Part shown: in pieces, positions 54,519 through 62,971 of the stretch | Position numbering within the stretch: the stretch's first letter is position 1 | Layout of the letters: the number at the start of each line of letters is the position of its first letter | Source: an uncultured Gammaproteobacteria bacterium | GTDB taxonomy: Bacteria > Patescibacteriota > Patescibacteriia > Magasanikbacterales > GWA2-37-8 | NCBI GenBank assembly: GCA_964514995.1 | Contig: CAZETA010000001.1 | Location: 15,148 to 79,147, forward strand | Length of the DNA stretch: 64,000 nucleotides | Direction of reading: 5' to 3' | Notes under the pieces: model-generated | Database searches by the model: none | The model's input: the letters and a program-made list of their open reading frames with translations, nothing else | What the model was told of the DNA's origin: nothing | Made by a program: the position numbers and the translations under genes

Positions 54519-56156
54519 ATGAACGAAGTTAGTAGGGCTACGAAGCGGCCAGTCGGCTATTGGACGATGCGACTGTTGTTTTTTGTTGCTGTTTCCTGCT
54601 TTTCATTATTGGCTTCTGCTGTTCGGGCTGCGACCCTCTCAGTTTCTCCCGCTACAGGAAATTTTGCTACCCAAAATACCATTACTGTCAGTGTGGAAGT
54701 AAATACTAGTCAGGCGGTCAATGGTGTAGAAGGGGTGTTGGAATTTCCTACCAGCAAACTTGAGTTGCTTCGTTTCAGCAAGGCTCGTTCCGTTATGTCT
54801 ATGTGGGTACAAGAACCTTCCTTTTCCAATGGTGGCCAGACCGGCTCGTTCCAGTTTTCAGCTATTAAACTGAACCCTGGTTTTGTGGGTTCTAGAGGCA
54901 ACGTTATTGATCTGGTCTTCAGAGTAAAAGATGCTGGCGTGGCAAATCTTACGTTTTCTTCAGGTTCGGTCTTAGCTAACGATGGCAAAGGGAGTAATCT
55001 ATTAAACTCTTTTGGTTCGGCTGTATTTACTTTGACAAAACCCCAAGGTCAATCTGGCAATGTGGTTGGTGCGTCGAATCAAGATAGCAATTCGTTGCCT
55101 GTACTTTTACGCAATGGATCGCTTCCTTTGCCGCAAGTAAAATATTGGATACAGGATCAAATAGGCAAAGATGTTCTGTTTAATACGAGTGATGCCGATC
55201 CAAAATGGAGCAATATGCCATACGCGAAAATGAGTTGGCAAGTGCCGCCAGATATTACCGGTGTGGTCACGGCGCTTGATGAAAATCCTGACACACAACC
55301 ACAAACAAAACCTGAAAATTTAACCAGCGGTAATTCTCAGACCCTGCCACTCCTGCAAGAAGGCAAACATTATTTCCATATCAGATTCTATAATGCGGCT
55401 GGAGCTGGGCCAACACTCCACATGCCGGTATTTATAGACCTTAATGAGCCGAAGCATTTTTCCATTGATTTTGTTGGTTCGCAAACAACCGGCCGCGGCA
55501 TTCATTCAACCTCCAATCCTTATCCGCGGGCAATATTTTTTACGGAGGATAATTTATCAGGCATTGATAAGTACATGTACAGCTTAAATGGGAGCGATTT
55601 TTTAGATGTGCCATTGGAACGGGATAATACTTTTATCTTGCCCAAACTTCCCGCCGAAGTGAGACAGGATTTGGTGGTTCGCGCCTTTGATCTGGCGGGC
55701 AATTCCGTAGATGCGAGTGTGGTTGTGGCCGTTGAACCTGTTGTGCTGCCGGTGATTACTCATTTTCCGCATAGCGCTGATACTGCCGGTACAGGTTTGG
55801 TTGTAGAAGGCCGAGCGGCGCCCGGTTCGCAAGTTGAAGTAGTATTTGAAAGAAAAGATGAACAGCCGTTAGTATTAACTACTAAGACGGATGATAACGG
55901 TAATTGGCGCCTGGTCTATGCCAAAGATATTGAGTCAGGTGTATATGAAGCGAGAGTTCGACAAGTGCTCGACAATGGAGCTGAAAGCTCATTTACTGAA
56001 CCAGTTACCATACGGATTAACCTGTGGTCAGGAAAATTGGTGTCTTGGCTTAATCGGTTTAATATCTATATTATACTGTTCCTGCTGTTTGCAGCTGCTG
56101 AGTTGACTACGTTGTATTATTATCGTAGAGCTATAAAAAGAATACAGAAAATATAG
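54519..56156 (+). CDS. Secreted cell-surface protein with a cohesin-like or Ig-like N-terminal domain and a C-terminal TM anchor.
   Basis: Signal peptide. LSVSPATGNFATQNTITVSVEVNTSQAVNGVEGVLEFP cohesin-like beta-sandwich signature. C-terminal hydrophobic helix plus basic tail. Confidence 0.5.
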   Translation: MNEVSRATKRPVGYWTMRLLFFVAVSCFSLLASAVRAATLSVSPATGNFATQNTITVSVEVNTSQAVNGVEGVLEFPTSKLELLRFSKARSVMSMWVQEPSFSNGGQTGSFQFSAIKLNPGFVGSRGNVIDLVFRVKDAGVANLTFSSGSVLANDGKGSNLLNSFGSAVFTLTKPQGQSGNVVGASNQDSNSLPVLLRNGSLPLPQVKYWIQDQIGKDVLFNTSDADPKWSNMPYAKMSWQVPPDITGVVTALDENPDTQPQTKPENLTSGNSQTLPLLQEGKHYFHIRFYNAAGAGPTLHMPVFIDLNEPKHFSIDFVGSQTTGRGIHSTSNPYPRAIFFTEDNLSGIDKYMYSLNGSDFLDVPLERDNTFILPKLPAEVRQDLVVRAFDLAGNSVDASVVVAVEPVVLPVITHFPHSADTAGTGLVVEGRAAPGSQVEVVFERKDEQPLVLTTKTDDNGNWRLVYAKDIESGVYEARVRQVLDNGAESSFTEPVTIRINLWSGKLVSWLNRFNIYIILFLLFAAAELTTLYYYRRAIKRIQKI

Positions 56157-56172
56157 TTATCAGTGGTAATAA

Positions 56173-56202
56173 AAAATCCCCGGATTATGCCGAGGATTTT
56201 TT
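56173..56202. terminator. Terminator hairpin between convergent genes.
   Basis: aaaatccccgg attatg ccgaggatttttt. Confidence 0.55.
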
Positions 56203-56224
56203 AATTTCTATTACTTTATGCACT

Positions 56225-56503
56225 TTATGCCTTCAATGCATCCTTCAGTGCTTTTCCGGCTTTGAATTTTGGTACGGTGACAGCGGCGATTTGAATTTTT
56301 TCAGATGGGTTCTGTGGATTTACGCCCTGTCTAGCGGCGCGCTGTTTGGCCGAGAAAGCGCCGAAGCCGGTAAGCACCACTTCCTCACCTTTTTTCAGTT
56401 GTACTATGATGGTGTCCAAAAGGGAGTTCAGCACGGTTTCTACTTGGCCTTTCGGCATGTTCAAGCTTTCAGCGACTGCTTGTGATAAATCTGCTTTATT
56501 CAT
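56225..56503 (-). CDS. hup: HU family DNA-binding protein (paralog 2).
   Basis: MNKADLSQAVAESLNMPKGQVETVLNSL...GFGAFSAKQRAARQGVNPQNP. Confidence 0.85.
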   Translation of the reverse strand: MNKADLSQAVAESLNMPKGQVETVLNSLLDTIIVQLKKGEEVVLTGFGAFSAKQRAARQGVNPQNPSEKIQIAAVTVPKFKAGKALKDALKA

Positions 56504-56559
56504 ATGGTTTTTGAAATATATTAAAGATTAATTATTTTTTATACTATATCACGACTTTT

Positions 56560-58086
56560 TTATTTTGCATATTCTACTACCCGTGTCTCGCGGATGATAG
56601 TAACGCGGATTTCGCCAGGGTACTGTAGCTCCTGTTCGATCTTTCGGGCGATGTCTTTAGCTAGTTGGAAGGCGGAATAGTCGTCTACTTCGTTTGGTTT
56701 GACAAATATTCTGATTTCACGACCGGCTTGAATAGCGTAGACTTTGTCGATGCCAGGGAAAGTTTTGGCTGTGTTTTCGAGTTCTTCAAGACGTGCTACG
56801 AATTGTTCATAGCTGTCCTTGCGCGCGCCAACGCGAGCGCCGGAAATAGCATCTGCCGCTTTGGCGATGGAGGAGTAGATATTATAAGGCTTGTCTTGGT
56901 GATGAGTGAGAGCGGCTTGGCAGACATCTTCGTCAATGTTGAATTTCTTGAGGATCATATAACCGATTTCCGGATGTGATCCTTGGGTTTCTTGATCGAC
57001 AGCTTTGCCAATATCATGGAAGAAGCCACACTTCTTGGCTTTAGCTGCATCGAGGCCGAGTTCGCTGGCAATAATTCCAGCTAGATAGCCGGTCTCCATA
57101 GAGTGGTTGACTATATTTTGACCGTAGCTGGTGCGGTATTTGAGACGGCCAACAATGCTGACAAGTTTCGGATCGATGCCGGTAATACCCATTTTGTAGA
57201 GCGCCTCCTCACCAGCCTTTTTGATATCAATGGCCAAATCTTGCTTTGCTTTTTCCACAAACTCTTCAATGCGAGCAGGTTGAATGCGTCCGTCAGCCAT
57301 GAGTTTTTCCAGAGCAAGTTTGGCGATTTGGCGGCGAATAGGGGAGAAACCCGACACAACGATGGCGTCAGGTGTATCGTCGATAATGATTTCACAACCA
57401 GTCAGCTTTTCAATAGTTTTAATGTTGCGGCCTTCTTTGCCGATGATACGTCCTTTCATATCTTCGCTCGTAAGCTGTACCGCGGTAGAAGTGATTTCTG
57501 CGGCATGCGAAGAGGCGCAGCGCTGGACCGCGTCGGCGATCAGGTTGCGAGCTTTTTCTTCGTAGACTTCGTTACCCTCTTTTTCTAATTTTAAGACTCT
57601 CGCAGTGAGATCTGCCTTGCTCTGCTCTTCCACGCGTTTCAGAAGCTCTTCTTTGGCCTCGTCTTTATTCAGGTTGGAGATAGTTTGCAGCTTGGTAACT
57701 TCTTGTTCGTGGAGCTTGTCTATCTCGGTTTTTACTTTTTGGATCTGATCTGCTTTTTCTTGAAGTTTTTTCTTGTCGTTTTCTAGCTCTAAGATTTTTT
57801 GGTCGAAGAGATTTTCTCGTTTTTCCAATCTTTCTTGCGCGTTATGCAGATCTTGGCGAAGCTGTTTTTCTTCTCGTTTTACCTCCTCCAGCAATTGGGT
57901 TGCTTTTTGCTGTCCTTCCAGAACAATTTCTTGTTGCTTGGTTTTAGCTTCTACCAGCATTTTTTCTGCCTTGGCCTCAATGGAGTTTGCTTCAGCCTGG
58001 GCTAATTTTTTTCGTAGGACATATCCGATACCAAGGCCAGCGCCTGACCCTACTATCACGAGGATGGCCCATGTTACATTACTCAT
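56560..58086 (-). CDS. rny: Ribonuclease Y.
   Basis: N-terminal TM, long coiled coil, KH domain (GRIIGKEGRNI), HD domain (HSMETGYLAG...HDIGK). Start placed at MSNVTWAIL. Confidence 0.85.
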   Translation of the reverse strand: MSNVTWAILVIVGSGAGLGIGYVLRKKLAQAEANSIEAKAEKMLVEAKTKQQEIVLEGQQKATQLLEEVKREEKQLRQDLHNAQERLEKRENLFDQKILELENDKKKLQEKADQIQKVKTEIDKLHEQEVTKLQTISNLNKDEAKEELLKRVEEQSKADLTARVLKLEKEGNEVYEEKARNLIADAVQRCASSHAAEITSTAVQLTSEDMKGRIIGKEGRNIKTIEKLTGCEIIIDDTPDAIVVSGFSPIRRQIAKLALEKLMADGRIQPARIEEFVEKAKQDLAIDIKKAGEEALYKMGITGIDPKLVSIVGRLKYRTSYGQNIVNHSMETGYLAGIIASELGLDAAKAKKCGFFHDIGKAVDQETQGSHPEIGYMILKKFNIDEDVCQAALTHHQDKPYNIYSSIAKAADAISGARVGARKDSYEQFVARLEELENTAKTFPGIDKVYAIQAGREIRIFVKPNEVDDYSAFQLAKDIARKIEQELQYPGEIRVTIIRETRVVEYAK

Positions 58087-58335
58087 ATATTTATAAATAT
58101 AATCTCGCTCGCTCGCCCCGCTAAGCGGGGACTCACTCACTTCGATTATACACAAAAATTTCTCAAAATCTTGAGTTGTTACCGAGAAGAATATTGAAGA
58201 AGATGAAGGGCTTTATTTGCCGGAAAAATACAAAAATCCAGACAGTTTTGTCTGTGTTGCGCTTTGTTTGAAGAGTTTTTGTAGTTTGGCTGGCATAGCC
58301 TGTGTCTAAGCTTTTTTGTGCTGATCTTAGCAGAT

Positions 58336-58443
58336 TCTTCGTTCAAAAGTTCGGTAATTCCCAAAGATCATTAATTATTAAAACTGGCTATATGATAGCA
58401 TCTTTGGGTTTGGGTGTCAAACATCAGAATTAATTGTCATTCT
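58336..58443. other. About 108-nt nested palindromic element: outer cttcgttca / tgaacgaag, inner cccaaagat / atctttggg, AT-rich centre.
   Basis: Inverted repeats read directly. Shares the 11-mer tgtcattctga with the palindrome inside tsaD. Confidence 0.4.
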
Positions 58444-58469
58444 GAACGAAGTAAAGAGCACCCGTCTGG

Positions 58470-58679
58470 TTAGATATCCATCTCTTCGACACCTCTTCTC
58501 CAATTTCCCTCTGGTTTAGAGGGAGGAATCGGTGTTTCGCCAGTGTTAGGAGAATCTCTACGTATCCCAATTTCAGGTCTTCGGTCTTGTGGTTGATTTT
58601 TTTCTCTTTCTTTTCTTAAAATATCTTCTATAATCCATGGGTCAAGTGGGGCCGCTTCTTTTTTATCAGGATTAGACAT
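58470..58679 (-). CDS. Small hypothetical protein (69 aa), translationally coupled downstream of truB.
   Basis: ORF start is 10 nt after the truB stop on the same strand. Pro/Glu/Arg-rich. Confidence 0.35.
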   Translation of the reverse strand: MSNPDKKEAAPLDPWIIEDILRKEREKNQPQDRRPEIGIRRDSPNTGETPIPPSKPEGNWRRGVEEMDI

Positions 58680-58688
58680 ATGCTTATT

Positions 58689-59393
58689 TTAATTTTTAAT
58701 ATTTATAGCTTTGGTTAATACATAGCTGCCGATTTGGGTGCGGACGAGTTCTTGGCAATAGGCACCGGTGCCGAGTTTTTGTCCGATATCATGCGCGAGA
58801 GTGCGGATGTAGGTGCCGGCTGAACACTGAACTTCAATTTTTAGTAACGGCCAAGTGTATTTTAGCACTTTTATCGTATGTATTTCAATCTCGTTCGGTT
58901 TTCGTTCCACCGTAACGCCTTTTCTCGCCAGATCATACAATCGTTGACCTTTTATTTTCTTCGCGGAGAACATCGGCGGAATTTGGCTTTGTTTGCCGAG
59001 GAATTTTTTTATAATAGCAAGCACTTCTGCTCGAGTTGGCTTTTTCGGTTTTTTGTCCGAGTTTGAGAATTCGGAAATCTTGCCTGTTTTATCTTGGGTA
59101 TCGCTGACCTCGCCAAGTTTGATCGTGGCGATATAGGTTTTGCTCATTTTTTTGAATGTGTCCAATAATCTTGTTGATTCGCGACCAACCCCGACGATGA
59201 GTAGTCCGGTGGCAAAGGGATCGAGGGTGCCGGCATGTCCAATCCTGATTTTTTTTGTTTTTGCATCACCAGGTACTTTGACCATGCTTTTGCCTGATCC
59301 AAAAGACCCTGTATCTCTTAATTGTTTGCGCACAAAAGCAACCGCGTCAAAACTGGTCCACCCTTCGGGTTTGTTGATAAGAAGAAAAGACAT
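58689..59393 (-). CDS. truB: tRNA pseudouridine(55) synthase.
   Basis: LLINKPEGWTSFD ... GHAGTLDPFATGLL catalytic-Asp motif. Confidence 0.85.
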   Translation of the reverse strand: MSFLLINKPEGWTSFDAVAFVRKQLRDTGSFGSGKSMVKVPGDAKTKKIRIGHAGTLDPFATGLLIVGVGRESTRLLDTFKKMSKTYIATIKLGEVSDTQDKTGKISEFSNSDKKPKKPTRAEVLAIIKKFLGKQSQIPPMFSAKKIKGQRLYDLARKGVTVERKPNEIEIHTIKVLKYTWPLLKIEVQCSAGTYIRTLAHDIGQKLGTGAYCQELVRTQIGSYVLTKAINIKN

Positions 59394-59548
59394 AATTCTA
59401 TAGATGTAGTATGGAGTAATTTGAGAGAACAGGCAATAGCCTTAGTGCGCTTGACTTAGTTTTAAAATGTTATAGTGTTGTTATACAGTTCTCAACGATG
59501 CTTTGCTGCCATGGTGGCTGCTCGCACTCTTGAGACAAGGAATTCGCA

Positions 59549-59872
59549 ATGAGCCAGCAACAAGGGCTTGTGAACAAGTTCAGGCGGGTGGTCATCATAC
59601 GACTTCACGCGAGTGGCAGGATCGCCATCTACATCGATGATGGTGAAGAAGACATCCGCAAGAGAGCGCAGGAGGAGGGGGGGACCTGGGACTGCCTGGG
59701 TCACTTCCTGATCAACTGGGGCCGCTACTCTTCGGCTTCATCAGTGGAGCTTCTGCTGAATGCGATCAGTGGACTAGACTCTAGCGGCTTGTTCGAGGGA
59801 TGGCTGCTGGTGCTGTTGGGCGATCTCGCCAATTGGATGGTGGATTTGAAGGTGGGGATGGACGACGAGTAG
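59549..59872 (+). CDS. Hypothetical 107-aa protein in a GC-rich islet.
   Basis: aagga RBS 7 nt upstream of the ATG. The GC-rich segment contrasts with the flanks. An antisense ORF (59492-59704) also exists, so the strand is uncertain. Confidence 0.3.
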   Translation: MSQQQGLVNKFRRVVIIRLHASGRIAIYIDDGEEDIRKRAQEEGGTWDCLGHFLINWGRYSSASSVELLLNAISGLDSSGLFEGWLLVLLGDLANWMVDLKVGMDDE

Positions 59873-59944
59873 TATGTGCCTGATAGTAACATCGTCGTCT
59901 CATGGTATGGTGTGCGGCATGATGGTGTGGCAGTCGTCAGTACT

Positions 59945-59999
59945 AGGTCTCCCATCACAGCTTTGTTTGTAAAGATTACATACAAAGCTGTGGAGACCT
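59945..59999 (+). other. Long hairpin: an inner 11-bp stem (cacagctttgt / acaaagctgtg) capped by an outer 7-bp stem (ggtctcc / ggagacc). It ends the GC-rich islet.
   Basis: Inverted repeats read directly. Confidence 0.5.
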
Positions 60000-60118
60000 C
60001 CTCTATGCGTATTAAAAAGTACCTGATAGGTGCTTTTTAATTATCTCGTTATAATTGACTTTCCTTCTGTTCTTCTATATACTATCACTTATTCTATAAG
60101 TACTTTACAGACTTTATT

Positions 60119-62134
60119 ATGAACGTTTCCGAACTTGCCAGACAACTCCGCGTCCATCCGCAAAAACTTTTGCAAATATTGCCTGAGTTTGGTTTTGATA
60201 TCGGCGCGCGGGCGGTGAAAGTAGATGATCGGGTAGCTCAGCAGATCCAGCGTCAGTGGAAACGCATCAAACTTATTTTAGAGCAGCGGGAAGAGCAGGA
60301 AAAACAAAAACAAAAAGAATTGGAAAAAGAAGCTCGTAAAAGTAGTGGTGTAACTGTTGTTATTCCAGACAAGTTGACTGTCCGAGAATTGGCCGATGTC
60401 TTGCAAGTGCCGGTGACTAAGCTCATTATGGAATTTATGAAAAACGGTATTTTAGCCACTCAGAACGAAAATATCGATCACGATACGGCGGCACTTGTGG
60501 CGCAAGATATGGGTTTTACTATTACTGAAGCGGCCAGAGAAGTACAGGCAGAAGAAACAGAACATGTAGAAAATCTAGAAAATATTTTAACAAAAGACGT
60601 TGGTGTGTCTCGACCGCCAGTCGTAGTCGTTATGGGTCACGTTGACCATGGTAAAACAAAGTTGCTTGATTCTATTCGTAATACAAATGTCATGGGGGGA
60701 GAAGCCGGCGGTATTACTCAGCATATCGGCGCGTATCAGGTTGTCTGGACAAACCCAAAGACCAAAGAAAAATCTCCATTAACTTTTATTGATACCCCTG
60801 GCCATGAAGCTTTTTCCGTGATGCGTGGTCGTGGCGCGAAAGTGGCTGATATTGCAGTACTCGTTGTAGCCGCTGATGACAGTGTAAAGCCGCAGACTGT
60901 GGAAGCGATAAAAATTATTAAAGCCGTGAAGTTGCCAATCGTGGTGGCTATAAATAAGATTGATAAAGAAGGCGCAGATCCGAAACGTGTTCGCGCTGAT
61001 TTGTCGCAGCATGATGTGTTGGTCGAAGAATGGGGTGGCGATACGCCAGTGGTAGAAATTTCCGCTAAACAGAATCTTAATATCGATAAACTGCTTGATA
61101 TGCTACTGCTCGTAGCAGATGTGCAGGCAGATACTATCAAAGCCAATCCTGACAGAGCTGCGGCTGGTACGGTGATTGAAGCTCACGTAGACAAAGGTGA
61201 AGGTCCAGTGGCTACGGTACTTGTGCAGACTGGTACACTTCGGCTCAATGATCCGCTTGTTATTAACGGTGAAATTTACGGCAAAGTTCGGGCCATGAAA
61301 GACTATAAAGGAGAAAATTTGACCGTGGCAGGACCAAGTTGTCCGGTTCGTATTTTGGGTTTCAAAGTCGCGCCGCAAGTTGGAGATATTTTGGATGTTG
61401 GCAGTGCTTCCGCCGCTTCGGCGATAAATATTAAAGAAAAGAGAACGATGCAGTCAGGCGCGGAACGGAAAATTGTTTCTATGACCGCCGATCCAGAAGA
61501 GGAAGACCAGAAAAAAGTTTTGAATTTAGTTATTAAAGCTGATACGCTCGGATCGCTGGAAGCGATTATCGGATCACTCGAAAAAATTAAAAATGAAGAA
61601 GTGGGTGTACGAGTAATCGGCAAAGGTTTAGGAAATGTGATGGCTGATGATGTGGCCAAGGCTGAGACCGCACACGCCGTTGTGTGCGGATTCAATGTAG
61701 TGCCTGTGCCGCTGGCAAAGAATATGATTCAAGACAAAAATATACAGTTTTTGCAATTTAGTGTAATATATGATTTGATCGATTTTGTAAAAGCTGAACT
61801 GAAGAAATTGCTTAATCCGGAAAAAATTGTTATTGAGTTGGGCAGTTTGCGCATAGCTGCTATCTTTAGAACTGACAAGAGTAGTATGATCGTCGGTGGT
61901 CGGGTAGAATCTGGAAAAATTAAAAAGGATGCCCGTGTGCGTGTGAAAAGGAATAAAGAAATCATCGGTCAAGGTAAGATCGGCCAATTGCAGTCTGGCA
62001 AACAGGCGGTTAATGAATTACCGGAAGGTAATGAAGGCGGTCTGCAGTTTGATGGCAAGCTAAAACTTGAAGTAGGGGACGTGCTGGAAGCGTATACGGA
62101 AGAAGAGAAGGAAAAGAAACTCGTTTTAGAATAA
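60119..62134 (+). CDS. infB: Translation initiation factor IF-2.
   Basis: G-domain motifs GHVDHGKT, DTPGHEAF and NKID, beta-barrel domains, and the C-terminal fMet-tRNA binding domain. Confidence 0.9.
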   Translation: MNVSELARQLRVHPQKLLQILPEFGFDIGARAVKVDDRVAQQIQRQWKRIKLILEQREEQEKQKQKELEKEARKSSGVTVVIPDKLTVRELADVLQVPVTKLIMEFMKNGILATQNENIDHDTAALVAQDMGFTITEAAREVQAEETEHVENLENILTKDVGVSRPPVVVVMGHVDHGKTKLLDSIRNTNVMGGEAGGITQHIGAYQVVWTNPKTKEKSPLTFIDTPGHEAFSVMRGRGAKVADIAVLVVAADDSVKPQTVEAIKIIKAVKLPIVVAINKIDKEGADPKRVRADLSQHDVLVEEWGGDTPVVEISAKQNLNIDKLLDMLLLVADVQADTIKANPDRAAAGTVIEAHVDKGEGPVATVLVQTGTLRLNDPLVINGEIYGKVRAMKDYKGENLTVAGPSCPVRILGFKVAPQVGDILDVGSASAASAINIKEKRTMQSGAERKIVSMTADPEEEDQKKVLNLVIKADTLGSLEAIIGSLEKIKNEEVGVRVIGKGLGNVMADDVAKAETAHAVVCGFNVVPVPLAKNMIQDKNIQFLQFSVIYDLIDFVKAELKKLLNPEKIVIELGSLRIAAIFRTDKSSMIVGGRVESGKIKKDARVRVKRNKEIIGQGKIGQLQSGKQAVNELPEGNEGGLQFDGKLKLEVGDVLEAYTEEEKEKKLVLE

Positions 62135-62140
62135 AGAAGT

Positions 62141-62533
62141 ATGAATCATGAAGCTAGAAAAATTAATAGCTTTGTTGATTTGAATGCATGGCAAGAAGGA
62201 CATAAATTAGTTTTGCAAATTTACGGGATTACTAAAAAATTTCCTGCAATAGAAAATTTCGGTTTGATAAGTCAGATGCAAAGAAGCGCTGTATCAATTA
62301 CCTCAAATATAGCTGAAGGTTTTGGCAGACAAACATTCAAAGATAAAGTGCATTTTTATTATATTGCTTCCGGATCGTTGCTGGAACTGCACAATCAACT
62401 TATAATTGCTAAAGATCTGAAATATATCTCAGTAGAAGAGTTTAATAAGATTGGCAATCAATTAATTGTCACCCATAAGATAGTTAACGGCTTAATTAAA
62501 AGTTCAAAATCTCGCATTATTCAAAATTCTTAA
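62141..62533 (+). CDS. Four-helix-bundle protein (23S rRNA intervening-sequence / S23 family).
   Basis: FVDLNAWQEGHKLVLQIYGITKKFP ... RSAVSITSNIAEGFGR signature. Confidence 0.75.
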   Translation: MNHEARKINSFVDLNAWQEGHKLVLQIYGITKKFPAIENFGLISQMQRSAVSITSNIAEGFGRQTFKDKVHFYYIASGSLLELHNQLIIAKDLKYISVEEFNKIGNQLIVTHKIVNGLIKSSKSRIIQNS

Positions 62534-62551
62534 TTCTTTATTCTAAACTAT

Positions 62552-62872
62552 ATGGAACATGTCTTTACCGACGCAAATTTTGATCAAGAAGTTTTGAAAT
62601 CAACTACACCTGTGTTTGTAGATTTCTGGGCGCCATGGTGCGGTCCATGTCAGATTATGGGTCCGATTGTTGAAGAAATGGCAAAGGGCTATGAAGGCAA
62701 AAATGTTAAAATCGGTAAATGCAATGTCGATGAGAATCCTGAAGTTGCCGGCAAATATAATATCATGAGTATTCCTTCGTTCTTACTCTTTAAAAATGGC
62801 GAAGCGGTAGATCAGGTGGTGGGTGGAACGCAGAAAGAGAAATTACAGTCGATGATTGATAAGCATCTATAA
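62552..62872 (+). CDS. trxA: Thioredoxin.
   Basis: WAPWCGPCQ active site. 106 aa. Confidence 0.85.
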   Translation: MEHVFTDANFDQEVLKSTTPVFVDFWAPWCGPCQIMGPIVEEMAKGYEGKNVKIGKCNVDENPEVAGKYNIMSIPSFLLFKNGEAVDQVVGGTQKEKLQSMIDKHL

Positions 62873-62892
62873 AAATTTTGAGAAAAAAATAA

Positions 62893-62916
62893 GACGGCCT
62901 ACCAGGGCCGTTTTTG
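62893..62916 (+). terminator. Rho-independent terminator after trxA.
   Basis: acggcc tacca gggccgt ttttt. Confidence 0.55.
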
Positions 62917-62971
62917 CTTGATTATTTATATGAAAGTAATTATACTATTACAATAATCAATGCGAATTAGT

